Shown in pieces: positions 1-8,124 of a stretch of 64,000 nucleotides of DNA. How positions within the stretch are numbered: the stretch's first letter is position 1; the number at the start of each line of letters is the position of its first letter. Source of the stretch: Nitrospiraceae bacterium (lineage in GTDB: Bacteria; Nitrospirota; Thermodesulfovibrionia; UBA6902); the NCBI GenBank assembly GCA_003599025.1, contig QZIL01000002.1:1371-65370 (forward strand), read 5' to 3'. The notes beneath the pieces were generated by a model, which did not search any database, was not told the origin of the DNA, and worked only from the letters and a program-made list of their open reading frames with translations. The position numbers and the translations under genes are program-made.

Positions 1-231
1 CACTTTTCTAGGCCCGATTTTGTCCTGCAGTCTTCCGGCAGGAATCATGACCGCTGCAAATGTAACCAGGGCAATGGAAAAGGCCCACTGCGTAGTAGTC
101 CTGTCCCAGCCAAATTCAGTCTCGAGTGGTTTGACAAATACGCTGAAAGCATAAACAGTCCCGAGAATGATCTGGACTATCAGTGCCCCAGCCAGCACCG
201 TCCAGCGGCCGCTTTTGTTGTTCTCTGTCAT
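1..231 (-). CDS. MFS transporter, oxalate/formate antiporter (OFA)-like; N-terminal part only, gene runs off the window start
   Basis: Absent from the ORF track because no stop lies inside the window. The reverse-strand ATG at 231 reads MTENNKSGRWTVLAGALIVQIILGTVYAFSVFVKPLETEFGWDRTTTQWAFSIALVTFAAVMIPAGRLQDKIGPRKV. This is the typical TM1-loop-TM2 and GRLxDKxGPR signature of OFA-type MFS permeases. The listed ORF 116..307 is another frame and looks spurious. Confidence 0.7.
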   Translation of the reverse strand, partial: MTENNKSGRWTVLAGALIVQIILGTVYAFSVFVKPLETEFGWDRTTTQWAFSIALVTFAAVMIPAGRLQDKIGPRKV

Positions 232-584
232 GAATTTCCCTCCACATTAGAATTAGTAATAAAAGCCTGTTCCGGAACATTGTGGCAATATTGATGCCAT
301 ACATCAACCTGTTGAAATATATGAATTTTCATTTACACCTCTAATGTCATAAACAAGAAAATGACTGGCCGGTGACAGAATTGTGACATAGGCAAGAACG
401 CTTTTTTATAATGTCATTCATCGCTCTTGGACTTTTTCCTTTAGTTAACTCTATGTACTTTAGTTATAACTTATTGATTACTGATGAAATGGTAATGGTA
501 TGACTCATGAAGCTTGACTTTCAAAAATATCGTGATATATTTGTAAATATTAACAATCCTAAATTTCACAGAAAGGAAATAAAT

Positions 585-974
585 ATGAGAAACAGATGGG
601 GGAGTACACTAAAAATACTATTACTGTTGTTTTGCTGCGCATTCCTCCTGGGGTCCTGCGCAACAAAGGGAGTTCCGCCGGTCAAGGAGATAGCAACTGT
701 TGAGAGGTCCATCAATATGGCAAGGGAGAGCAATGCTGAGATTTACGCTCCCCTTGAATTAAGGTATGCGGAGGACAAATTGCAACAGGCAAAGGCGGCT
801 ATGCAGATGGAAGAATACACGAAGGCCGGCCGTTTAACAGACGAAGCAGCTATCGATGCACGACTTGCAGAGACAAAGGCATTAACCGAGAAAGAGAAAA
901 AGAGTGTGAAGGAGACCAAAGACAATATAGATATCCTGCGCAATGAGATCGAAAGGGCCAAAAAATACAAATAA
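585..974 (+). CDS. DUF4398-like helical lipoprotein
   Basis: Track ORF 507..974. I prefer the internal ATG at 585 (AGGAAATAAAT-ATG), which gives MRNRWGSTLKILLLLFCCAFLLGSC with a lipobox. The mature part (SINMARESNAEIYAPLELRYAEDKLQQAKAAM) resembles DUF4398, a domain that commonly precedes OmpA-family genes. Confidence 0.65.
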   Translation: MRNRWGSTLKILLLLFCCAFLLGSCATKGVPPVKEIATVERSINMARESNAEIYAPLELRYAEDKLQQAKAAMQMEEYTKAGRLTDEAAIDARLAETKALTEKEKKSVKETKDNIDILRNEIERAKKYK

Positions 975-1002
975 TAACACTATTAAAATGGAGAAAAATG
1001 CC

Positions 1003-2142
1003 ATGAAAAACAAAGGCACTAATTTATATTATCCGAAATTGCTAGCGATACTTTTTTTGCCGGCAGTACTGCTGCTGACACAGTGCGCAACAGTTCCTGA
1101 GAAAAACGAGGCGCTGGAACGGGCCCGTGCAGCTTATTCGAAGGCACAGAAAAATTCTGCTGTCAATACCTACTCGCCTGTAGCACTTTATGACGCATCC
1201 AAGTCACTTGAACTGGCTGAGAAGGCGAAGAGCCCGGAAGATATTCAGCACTTCTCTTACCTTGCTGAGAAACAGTCGCAGATCGCTGAACTGCTGGCTG
1301 AGAAAAAGACTTTCGAACTTGAGAAAGAAAAACTCAGCGCTGAACGGACCATGATGCTGATGCAGGTCAGGGAACGTGAAGCAGAGAAGGCAAGAAGCGA
1401 GGCAGAGAAAGCCAGGGGTGAGGCGGTTGCTGCAAGAGAGATAGCTGAGAAGCGGGCACTTGAGATTCAGAAGGCAAAGGAAGAGGCAGAGGCATTAGCG
1501 CGTCAGGCTGAGAAGGCAAGAAAAGAAGCAGAGGCAAAAACGCTGGAAATCCAAAAGGCAAAGACCCAGGCTGAAGCCAGGGCGCTGGAACTGGAGAAGG
1601 CGAAAAAAGAAGCAGAGGCAAGAACACTGGAGCTTGAGCAGGCCAGAAAAGAATCTGACATGAGGGCGATGGAGATTGCAAAGGCACGGGAAGAGACAGA
1701 AGCTGCACTGGCACAGAGAAAGCAGCTGGAAAGTGAAATCGAAACGCTGAAGGCAAAGAAAACAGAAAGAGGTCTCGTCCTTACACTGGGAGATATTCTC
1801 TTTGAAAGCGGAAAAGCTGCATTGATGCCGGGAGCGACAATGACAATAGACCAGCTCGTTGAATTCTTGAAGAAATATCCAAACCGCAACATAATAATTG
1901 AAGGGCACACTGACAGCATCGGGAGTGATACATTTAATCTGGGACTTTCTCAAGAGAGGGCCAAAGCAGTACAGGCGCCTCTGATAGCCAAGGGTATTGC
2001 AGCAGAGCGCATCACGACCAAGGGGTATGGCGAGAAATATCCTATAGCCAGCAATGCAAATCCAGCCGGAAGGCAGCAGAACCGCCGGGTGGAGATTATT
2101 ATCCTTGACGAAGGGGTCGGACCTGAAAAGATGATCAGATAA
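1003..2142 (+). CDS. OmpA-family lipoprotein: DUF4398-like N-domain, coiled-coil repeat region, OmpA_C peptidoglycan-binding domain
   Basis: Track ORF 943..2142. The ATG at 1003 follows GGAG by 9 nt and gives MKNKGTNLYYPKLLAILFLPAVLLLTQC (lipobox); ATG 988 is an alternative. The C-terminus LTLGDILFESGKAAL...IIIEGHTDSIGSDTFNLGLSQERAKAV...NRRVEIII is a classic OmpA_C domain. Confidence 0.85.
   Translation: MKNKGTNLYYPKLLAILFLPAVLLLTQCATVPEKNEALERARAAYSKAQKNSAVNTYSPVALYDASKSLELAEKAKSPEDIQHFSYLAEKQSQIAELLAEKKTFELEKEKLSAERTMMLMQVREREAEKARSEAEKARGEAVAAREIAEKRALEIQKAKEEAEALARQAEKARKEAEAKTLEIQKAKTQAEARALELEKAKKEAEARTLELEQARKESDMRAMEIAKAREETEAALAQRKQLESEIETLKAKKTERGLVLTLGDILFESGKAALMPGATMTIDQLVEFLKKYPNRNIIIEGHTDSIGSDTFNLGLSQERAKAVQAPLIAKGIAAERITTKGYGEKYPIASNANPAGRQQNRRVEIIILDEGVGPEKMIR
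1453..1704 (+). repeat. Six tandem 42-nt (14-aa) coiled-coil repeats inside the OmpA-family CDS
   Basis: In-frame units are RALEIQKAKEEAEA / LARQAEKARKEAEA / KTLEIQKAKTQAEA / RALELEKAKKEAEA / RTLELEQARKESDM / RAMEIAKAREETEA. They also generate the long spurious antisense ORFs 1367..1756, 1495..1953 and 1503..1919. Confidence 0.85.
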
Positions 2143-2167
2143 ATACTTAACTTACTCATCTTTAAAA

Positions 2168-2199
2168 GCAATAAGGCCTGGCCTTATTGCTTTTTTTTT
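2168..2199 (+). terminator. Rho-independent terminator after the OmpA-family gene
   Basis: GCAATAAGG-cctgg-CCTTATTGC followed by a T9 run, 26 nt after the stop codon. Confidence 0.8.
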
Positions 2200-2203
2200 G
2201 CTC

Positions 2204-2231
2204 TTGACATGCGCCTCTAAACTGATATGAT
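2204..2231 (+). promoter_or_regulatory. Sigma-70-type promoter for the 34-codon gene
   Basis: TTGACA (2204-2209), a 16-nt spacer, then TATGAT (2226-2231). A 7-bp hairpin GAGCAAT-tgatct-ATTGCTC (2240-2259) lies in the predicted 5' UTR. Confidence 0.55.
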
Positions 2232-2301
2232 TGAAATATGAGCAATTGATCTATTGCTCATAATACCATGTGCTCTGCTGGCCTGAAGGAGGTGAGACAG
2301 G

Positions 2302-2406
2302 ATGACAAAGCCTTTGAGCAAAAAGGCCCTTTTGAGGGAGGCCGCTTTCTGGGGAGGACTTAAGAAGATAGCAAAAGACAACCCCGGGAAGACCTGCCGT
2401 AAATGA
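2302..2406 (+). CDS. Small basic protein, 34 aa (MTKPLSKKALLREAAFWGGLKKIAKDNPGKTCRK); possible peptide precursor
   Basis: Below the ORF-track size cut-off. It has a strong SD (GAAGGAGGTGAgacaggATG), its own promoter upstream and a terminator downstream. It lies 370 nt upstream of a radical-SAM/SPASM gene. Confidence 0.5.
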   Translation: MTKPLSKKALLREAAFWGGLKKIAKDNPGKTCRK

Positions 2407-2451
2407 AAGGGCTGAAAAAGCTAAAGTTGCTGGTCAAGCAACAAAGACAGG

Positions 2452-2509
2452 GATATGGCAGCAGCTTAAAGTACATTCAGTGCGAAATGGTTGCTGCCAT
2501 ATCTTTTTT
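2452..2509 (+). terminator. Hairpin plus T-tract after the 34-codon gene
   Basis: A 12-bp stem GATATGGCAGCA (2452-2463) / TGCTGCCATATC (2492-2503) followed by TTTTTT. The 28-nt loop is long for an intrinsic terminator. Confidence 0.5.
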
Positions 2510-2779
2510 CACTTGAGCCATGAATAGTGACTTATAATCACTGCTGTCCAAAACAGTTGATACAGGAGAGGCTGAATGCCTAAGAAACACAATGACGACT
2601 CCTGTAAAAAAAGAGATTCAGGCAGTCAGTAAAACTGCCATACATCAATATGAACTGAGAAGATTTAAATTGCAAAGCAGGATATGCCATCTCAATATTC
2701 CGTCGATTCATTGTGTTTTTGAGGCATTTGGCCTTCCTTATAAATTTAGTTGGACATGTAAAAAATTAAAGCATTCACT

Positions 2780-3826
2780 ATGTCTATAAATAATTCATTT
2801 GATTTTTTTGTACAGTGGCACCTGACAGAAAGATGCAATCTTAATTGCACACACTGCTATCAGACGGGGAAGAAAACGCATGAAATGACTTTGCCGGAGA
2901 TAAAAGAGACCATAACTGAAATAACCGACACGCTCAACATATGGATGAAGACATACGGAATAAGCTTTACTCCAAGTGTTAATTTGACCGGCGGCGAACC
3001 ATTTCTGAAGAAAGACATATTCACAATCATCGATGAATTCCGCATCAGGGACTTTGAAATATTCCTTCTTACTAACGGGACTCTTGTAGATGCAGACATG
3101 GCCAAAAGACTGTATGCACTTGATATAAAAGGGGTGCAGGTCAGCATCGAAGGTCCGAAAAAAATACATGAGTCGATCAGGGGAAGAGGCAGTTTTTCTG
3201 ACTCTCTCCGTGGGGTATCCAATCTGCTTGAAGCAGGACTGGATGTGACCCTGAATGTGACTTTATCTTACTTGAATGCCGGACACTTTATGGACCTGTT
3301 CAATTTATCATCAGCCCTTGGTGTGCAGAAGCTGGGTTTTTCAAGGCTTGTTCCTTCAGGCAGGGGTGAGGCATTGGTCACGGAAATGTTGAAGACTGAA
3401 GAAGTGAAAGACCTGTATGACAACATCTTTTCCCTTAACACTAACAGCCTCGAAATCGTTACCGGAGACCCTGTAGCGTCCCAGCTAAGAAGGGGAACGG
3501 ATGACAGGGACTGCGGCGACATAGCTCTGGGAGGATGCGCAGCCGGGATTTCCGGATTGACAATACTGCCTGACGGTACACTTCTGCCCTGCCGGCGGCT
3601 GCCGGTCCCCATCGGAAACATATTAAAAGATTCATTGCGCGAGATTTGGGCCGCATCTGAAGTTCTTAATGCACTCCGCGACCGGAGTATGTATAAAGGG
3701 AGGTGCGGTTCCTGCAGGAAGTGGGCACACTGCAGAGGATGCAGGGCCATTGCTTATGCGTATTCAAATACGCAGGGACAGGGCGACTTTCTCGCTCCGG
3801 ACCCTCAGTGTTTTTTTAATCAGTAA
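2780..3826 (+). CDS. Radical SAM enzyme with C-terminal SPASM domain (peptide-maturase / AhbD-NirJ-like class)
   Basis: It carries the CNLNCTHC (CxxxCxxC) radical-SAM cluster motif, then NLTGGEPF. The C-terminal Cys-rich region GGCAAGISGLTILPDGTLLPCRRL...GRCGSCRKWAHCRGCRAIAY...PDPQCFF is typical of SPASM auxiliary clusters. Confidence 0.8.
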   Translation: MSINNSFDFFVQWHLTERCNLNCTHCYQTGKKTHEMTLPEIKETITEITDTLNIWMKTYGISFTPSVNLTGGEPFLKKDIFTIIDEFRIRDFEIFLLTNGTLVDADMAKRLYALDIKGVQVSIEGPKKIHESIRGRGSFSDSLRGVSNLLEAGLDVTLNVTLSYLNAGHFMDLFNLSSALGVQKLGFSRLVPSGRGEALVTEMLKTEEVKDLYDNIFSLNTNSLEIVTGDPVASQLRRGTDDRDCGDIALGGCAAGISGLTILPDGTLLPCRRLPVPIGNILKDSLREIWAASEVLNALRDRSMYKGRCGSCRKWAHCRGCRAIAYAYSNTQGQGDFLAPDPQCFFNQ

Positions 3827-3866
3827 AGGACCTGGTTATGTATGAAAGGGCCTGAACATCTCGCAC

Positions 3867-4031
3867 TTACTCAGCTGCCTTTATGTCCACAATCTTTTCG
3901 ACAGGCACCACGATCCACCCTGCTTCTGACTGAAGATGCACCTCGCCTGATCCAACCTCAATCAAGATTCCCCTGTATACAGTCTCAAATGTAATTACTT
4001 CAACCTCGCTGCCGGTCAATTCCTGCATCAT
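3867..4031 (-). CDS. Hypothetical 54-aa protein (MMQELTGSEVEVITFETVYRGILIEVGSGEVHLQSEAGWIVVPVEKIVDIKAAE)
   Basis: Below the track cut-off. Its ATGATG start overlaps the TGA stop of the upstream yihY-like gene (A-TGA-TG), which suggests translational coupling. I recognise no family. Confidence 0.3.
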   Translation of the reverse strand: MMQELTGSEVEVITFETVYRGILIEVGSGEVHLQSEAGWIVVPVEKIVDIKAAE

Positions 4032-4837
4032 GCCTTCCTGTTTATGCTATTTACAAATTCACCGCCCAGAAGAAATATACATGAGAGATAGTACATCCAC
4101 AGGAGGAACAGAATAAAGGTTGTCAATGAACCGTAAATGGTACCGATGTAAGAGACGTTTCCTACGGCCCATGTAAAGATATGTTTTGCAATCTCCCAGA
4201 GGACAGTAAATAGCAGTGCCCCGGCAAATGCAACTCTAGTGCCGACTTTTACATGGGGCACAATTTTATATACAGCAGTAAATGTAAGCAGGACAAGCAA
4301 AAAAGGGGCGACGTATCTCAATAAGATACCCGCCTTTGAACTTAAGCCGAGCCCGAATATCTGTATGGGATTGTGCCTGAGCACACTGGCAGAGGAACTT
4401 ACAGTGAATGACATGAGCCAGAAAAATATCACGAGGGTGACGATGAAAATGGTCCAGAACATAGACAGCAGGAAATGTCTTTTCTTGGGGACCTTGAATA
4501 TAACATCCATTGCCCGTTCAACTGAATAAAAGAGCTGCAGCGCCAGAAACCCATAAATTACGAGTGTTATAATACTGATTCCCCTGTATGTTATCAGGTT
4601 CCTGATTTCTGTCGTAATATCTGCCGTGGCTGAGGGGAAAAAACTGGTAAGCTTTGAAAGCAGGAAATGATACAGGTCCTGGTTCCCTCCGAGCACATAG
4701 CCGAAGAGGGCAACTATAAGAATACTCAATGGAATTAGCGAGACCATCAGAAAGTAGGCAATCGAGGCCGCAAGATAAAGGCAGTCATCCCGGAAAAATG
4801 ATTTCAGACTGCCGCCTATGGCTTTTAAAAAATACAT
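4028..4837 (-). CDS. YihY/BrkB (virulence factor BrkB / former RNase BN) family membrane protein
   Basis: N-terminus FFRDDCLYLAASIAYFLMVSLIPLSILIVALFGYVLGG, six predicted TM helices and C-terminal GSLTTFILFLLWMYYLSCIFLLGGEF are the YihY family pattern. Confidence 0.8.
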   Translation of the reverse strand: MYFLKAIGGSLKSFFRDDCLYLAASIAYFLMVSLIPLSILIVALFGYVLGGNQDLYHFLLSKLTSFFPSATADITTEIRNLITYRGISIITLVIYGFLALQLFYSVERAMDVIFKVPKKRHFLLSMFWTIFIVTLVIFFWLMSFTVSSSASVLRHNPIQIFGLGLSSKAGILLRYVAPFLLVLLTFTAVYKIVPHVKVGTRVAFAGALLFTVLWEIAKHIFTWAVGNVSYIGTIYGSLTTFILFLLWMYYLSCIFLLGGEFVNSINRKA

Positions 4838-4890
4838 TTATTTGTCTATTAATTCATAAAATGTATTTAACATATTCATGCAGTTATGGG

Positions 4891-6204
4891 CTACTCTTTC
4901 TTCCTCTCTCTGACATATATCTCAACAGGCACCCCCTCAAACGTAAAATGCTGCCGCAACTGCCTTTCCAGAAATTTTATATATGGCTCTTTAATACCTT
5001 CCTTGACATTAGTAAATATAGTAAACCCGGGGGGATCGGTTTTTACCTGGGTAATATAATATATTTTAACGCGCCTGTTGCGATACATCGGAGGCTCCTG
5101 CTTTGATAGCGCCTTTCTGAGAAAAATATTGAGCTCATGAGTGCCTATCCTCTTTGAACCTTCGGCAATTATCCTGTCAATGATAGGGAAAATATTCGTC
5201 ATCCTCTTCCTGCTCATTGCTGAAATGGTCAGAACAGGGACATGCCGCATAAACCAGAGTTTCTGATGTATCTGCTCTTTCACTTCTTCAACAGACACAG
5301 AGTCTTTATCTGCAAGGTCCCATTTATTGTAAATTATAAGGGCATTTTTTTTAGCGGCAAAAACAGCTCCGGCTATTTTCTGGTCCAGTTCAACAATCCC
5401 TGTGGAGGCATCAAGGACGATCAGTGCGATGTTGCTGTCCTCGATATTTTTCAAAGTCCTCATAAATGAGTATCTCTCAATAGTTTCCGCCATTTTGCCC
5501 TTTTTCCGGATGCCGGCCGTGTCTACCAGCACATATTTCCTGTTGTAATAGGAACATACCGAATCCACCGCGTCCCTTGTTGTGCCCGGGGTGGAGCTTA
5601 CGATCATCCTCTCCTTGCCGAGCAGGGAGTTCACCAGCGTTGATTTACCGACATTGGGCCTTCCCACAATCGCTATCCTGGGATATTCTGCTTTCTCTTC
5701 TCCGCCAACTGATAATAACGGTGACATCCCCTCCATAAGTTCCTCAAAGCCGTATCCGTTAAGTGCTGAGACAGGGAATATATCTACCCCAAGAGAATAG
5801 AAATCACCGAGATAGCTGCTTTCTTTTTTGGGGCCGTCTATTTTATTTACCGCATGAAACACCTTCTTGCCATATTTCCTCAGTTCATTGATAAGTTCAA
5901 TGTCCAGCGGCAGAAGACCGCTTTCACCATCCAGCAGCAACAGAATAATATCAGCCTCCTCAACCGCGAGAAGCAGCTGTTTTTTCACTTCCCCGGCAAA
6001 CTCATCTTCACCTTCATGCTGAAACCCCCCTGTATCCACGACCCAGAAGGACTTTTCTTCCCATGATGCCTCCCCGTAGAGCCGGTCCCGAGTAACACCG
6101 GGGAAATCTTCAATAATGGCACGCCGCTTCCTTATTATCCGGTTAAACAGTGTGGACTTGCCTACATTCGGTCTGCCTATAATGGCTACTATGGCCTTTC
6201 GCAT
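4891..6204 (-). CDS. der: Ribosome-associated GTPase Der (EngA), two tandem GTPase domains plus KH-like domain
   Basis: It has two P-loops, IIGRPNVGKSTLFN and IVGRPNVGKSTLVN, plus DTGG/DTAG and NKxD motifs and is 437 aa. Confidence 0.95.
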   Translation of the reverse strand: MRKAIVAIIGRPNVGKSTLFNRIIRKRRAIIEDFPGVTRDRLYGEASWEEKSFWVVDTGGFQHEGEDEFAGEVKKQLLLAVEEADIILLLLDGESGLLPLDIELINELRKYGKKVFHAVNKIDGPKKESSYLGDFYSLGVDIFPVSALNGYGFEELMEGMSPLLSVGGEEKAEYPRIAIVGRPNVGKSTLVNSLLGKERMIVSSTPGTTRDAVDSVCSYYNRKYVLVDTAGIRKKGKMAETIERYSFMRTLKNIEDSNIALIVLDASTGIVELDQKIAGAVFAAKKNALIIYNKWDLADKDSVSVEEVKEQIHQKLWFMRHVPVLTISAMSRKRMTNIFPIIDRIIAEGSKRIGTHELNIFLRKALSKQEPPMYRNRRVKIYYITQVKTDPPGFTIFTNVKEGIKEPYIKFLERQLRQHFTFEGVPVEIYVRERKKE

Positions 6205-6389
6205 TATCTTCCTGTCATATTTGAAAAAATCGGGGGAAATTAATATTAAGTCCTTAATTATAGCACAGGGCCGCCTTCATGAAAGCAGGGTATGATTTAA
6301 TGCCCTGATAATTAAAGCAAAAATAAGCAGCAGTTTTCTGGCCGGATATTAAATTGACCCGATTCGTGACCGCATGTTATCATTTAATA

Positions 6390-7019
6390 ATGAAGAAAAC
6401 CATTTTAATATGCTCTATTATTCTGGTTATCAATGCCTTCAGCATTACCTCCCGGGCTGACATTTATAAATATATTGACAGCAACGGCGTAATTCATTTT
6501 ACGAATGTCCCTGACGGCAAAGGTTATACAAAAATATTAAGTGAAAGCAGTTCCGCATTAAACGGTCCATACGATCATATAATAAGCAATAAGTCGTACA
6601 AATATAATATCGAGCCGGCAATAATCAAAGCCGTCATAACCGCCGAATCCAACTGGGACCCCGGGGCCATATCCCGTAAGGGCGCTATAGGATTGATGCA
6701 ACTTATGCCAACGACAGCGGAAGATATGAGGGTCAGTAACCCTTTTGACCCGGAAGAAAACATAGAAGGCGGCACAAAATACCTGAGGCACCTGCTCAAC
6801 AGGTTCAACGGAGACCTCAACCTTGCGCTTGCAGCGTATAATGCAGGGCCTGCAAGAGTGGAGAGAAACGGGGGCATCCCGGCAATACCAGAGACGATCC
6901 AGTACATTAAAAAAGTAAACAGGATCTACAGCGGTACATCTCAGAAGAAAAACACTCAAATATACAAAGTGACATATGACGACGGTTCAGTCCTTTATAC
7001 AAATACTCCTCCTGAATAA
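6390..7019 (+). CDS. Lytic transglycosylase (SLT domain) with N-terminal DUF4124-like segment
   Basis: Start taken at ATG 6390 (MKKTILICSIILVINAF signal). DIYKYIDSNGVIHFTN is the DUF4124 motif. AVITAESNWDPGAISRKGAIGLMQLMPTTA...AYNAG is the SLT catalytic core. Confidence 0.85.
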   Translation: MKKTILICSIILVINAFSITSRADIYKYIDSNGVIHFTNVPDGKGYTKILSESSSALNGPYDHIISNKSYKYNIEPAIIKAVITAESNWDPGAISRKGAIGLMQLMPTTAEDMRVSNPFDPEENIEGGTKYLRHLLNRFNGDLNLALAAYNAGPARVERNGGIPAIPETIQYIKKVNRIYSGTSQKKNTQIYKVTYDDGSVLYTNTPPE

Positions 7020-7066
7020 TTTATCATCTTCCAAATTTCTTCCCAATAATCTAAAATATTATCCCA

Positions 7067-8050
7067 ATGACAGATATTGCATTACTGCGTGACAGGATAC
7101 TGGAGCTCAAGGAAAAGAAAAAGGCCATTATCCTCGCCCACAATTACCAGCGCGAAGAAGTACAGGACATTGCAGACCATACCGGCGACTCCCTGGAGCT
7201 TTCCCGTATTGCCGCAACAATAGATTGCAGGATAATAGTGTTTTGCGGCGTGCATTTTATGGCTGAAAGCGCCTCGATTCTTTCTCCTGACAAAACCGTG
7301 CTCCTGCCTGAAATCAAGGCCGGCTGCCCGATGGCCGACATGATAACTGTGAGCGGCGCCCGGAACCTCAAGAACTATTTCCCCGGTTTTGAATATACGA
7401 GGGGCTACAGCTACCCTGCTGAATTCACCTTAAAGGAAATCAAGAAACTTCATCCAGGGGTCCCGGTTGTCACATATGTTAATACCACTGCAGAAGTAAA
7501 GGCAGAAAGCGATATCTGCTGCACTTCTGCCAATGGAGTAAAGATAGTGGAGTCCCTGAACACAGATAAAGTCATCTGTGTGCCCGACAAAAACCTCTCC
7601 GCCTGGATTGCCAGAAATACCAAGACAGAGGTGATCGCATGGGACGGTTTCTGCCACGTACATGACAGAGTGACTGCGGAAGATGTTGAGAGGGCAAGGC
7701 AGGAACACCCGGGGTCAGTGGTGCTTGCCCATCCGGAATGCAGGATGGAGGTACTCGAAAAGGCCGACCATGTAACCAGCACCTCAGGCATGATCAGGTT
7801 TGCGAAAGAATCCAGTGCAAAAGAATTCATCATAGGGACAGAGACAGGCCTGATGTACGGTCTCAGGAGACAGAATCCTGACAAGACGTTTTATCCATTG
7901 AGAAAAGACATGGTATGCCCGAACATGAAAAAGACCACTCTCAGCAGTGTATTGCACGCTCTTGAAAGTGAGACGTATAAGATAAAGGTCCCTGAAGAGA
8001 TCAGAGTACCCGCAAAAAGGGCTCTTGACAGAATGCTGGAAGTTAAATAA
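7067..8050 (+). CDS. nadA: Quinolinate synthase
   Basis: ILAHNYQREEVQDIADHTGDSLELS, VFCGVHFMAESA, CPMA, VTYVNTTAEVKA, and HPEC motifs match NadA across the full length. Confidence 0.9.
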   Translation: MTDIALLRDRILELKEKKKAIILAHNYQREEVQDIADHTGDSLELSRIAATIDCRIIVFCGVHFMAESASILSPDKTVLLPEIKAGCPMADMITVSGARNLKNYFPGFEYTRGYSYPAEFTLKEIKKLHPGVPVVTYVNTTAEVKAESDICCTSANGVKIVESLNTDKVICVPDKNLSAWIARNTKTEVIAWDGFCHVHDRVTAEDVERARQEHPGSVVLAHPECRMEVLEKADHVTSTSGMIRFAKESSAKEFIIGTETGLMYGLRRQNPDKTFYPLRKDMVCPNMKKTTLSSVLHALESETYKIKVPEEIRVPAKRALDRMLEVK

Positions 8051-8124
8051 CCCATTTCTTATGCCTTTGCTACCTAAGTAAAATAACCCTTCACAATCTG
8101 TCAGTTAAGTTATACTTATAAATC

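Noticed and set aside
1367-1953. Three overlapping minus-strand ORFs (129-152 aa)
   Set aside because: They are created by the tandem GAA/GCA-rich coiled-coil repeats of the OmpA-family gene read on the opposite strand. Their sequences are repetitive and Ser/Leu/Phe/Cys-rich.
2592-2789. A 65-aa Cys-containing ORF ending inside the rSAM gene start, considered as an alternative RiPP precursor
   Set aside because: There is no SD at a usable distance (AGGAGAGG is 20 nt upstream). The sequence is not peptide-precursor-like, and the 10-nt overlap is out of frame with the rSAM start. An 18-codon ORF at 2576 with better SD spacing is too short to support.
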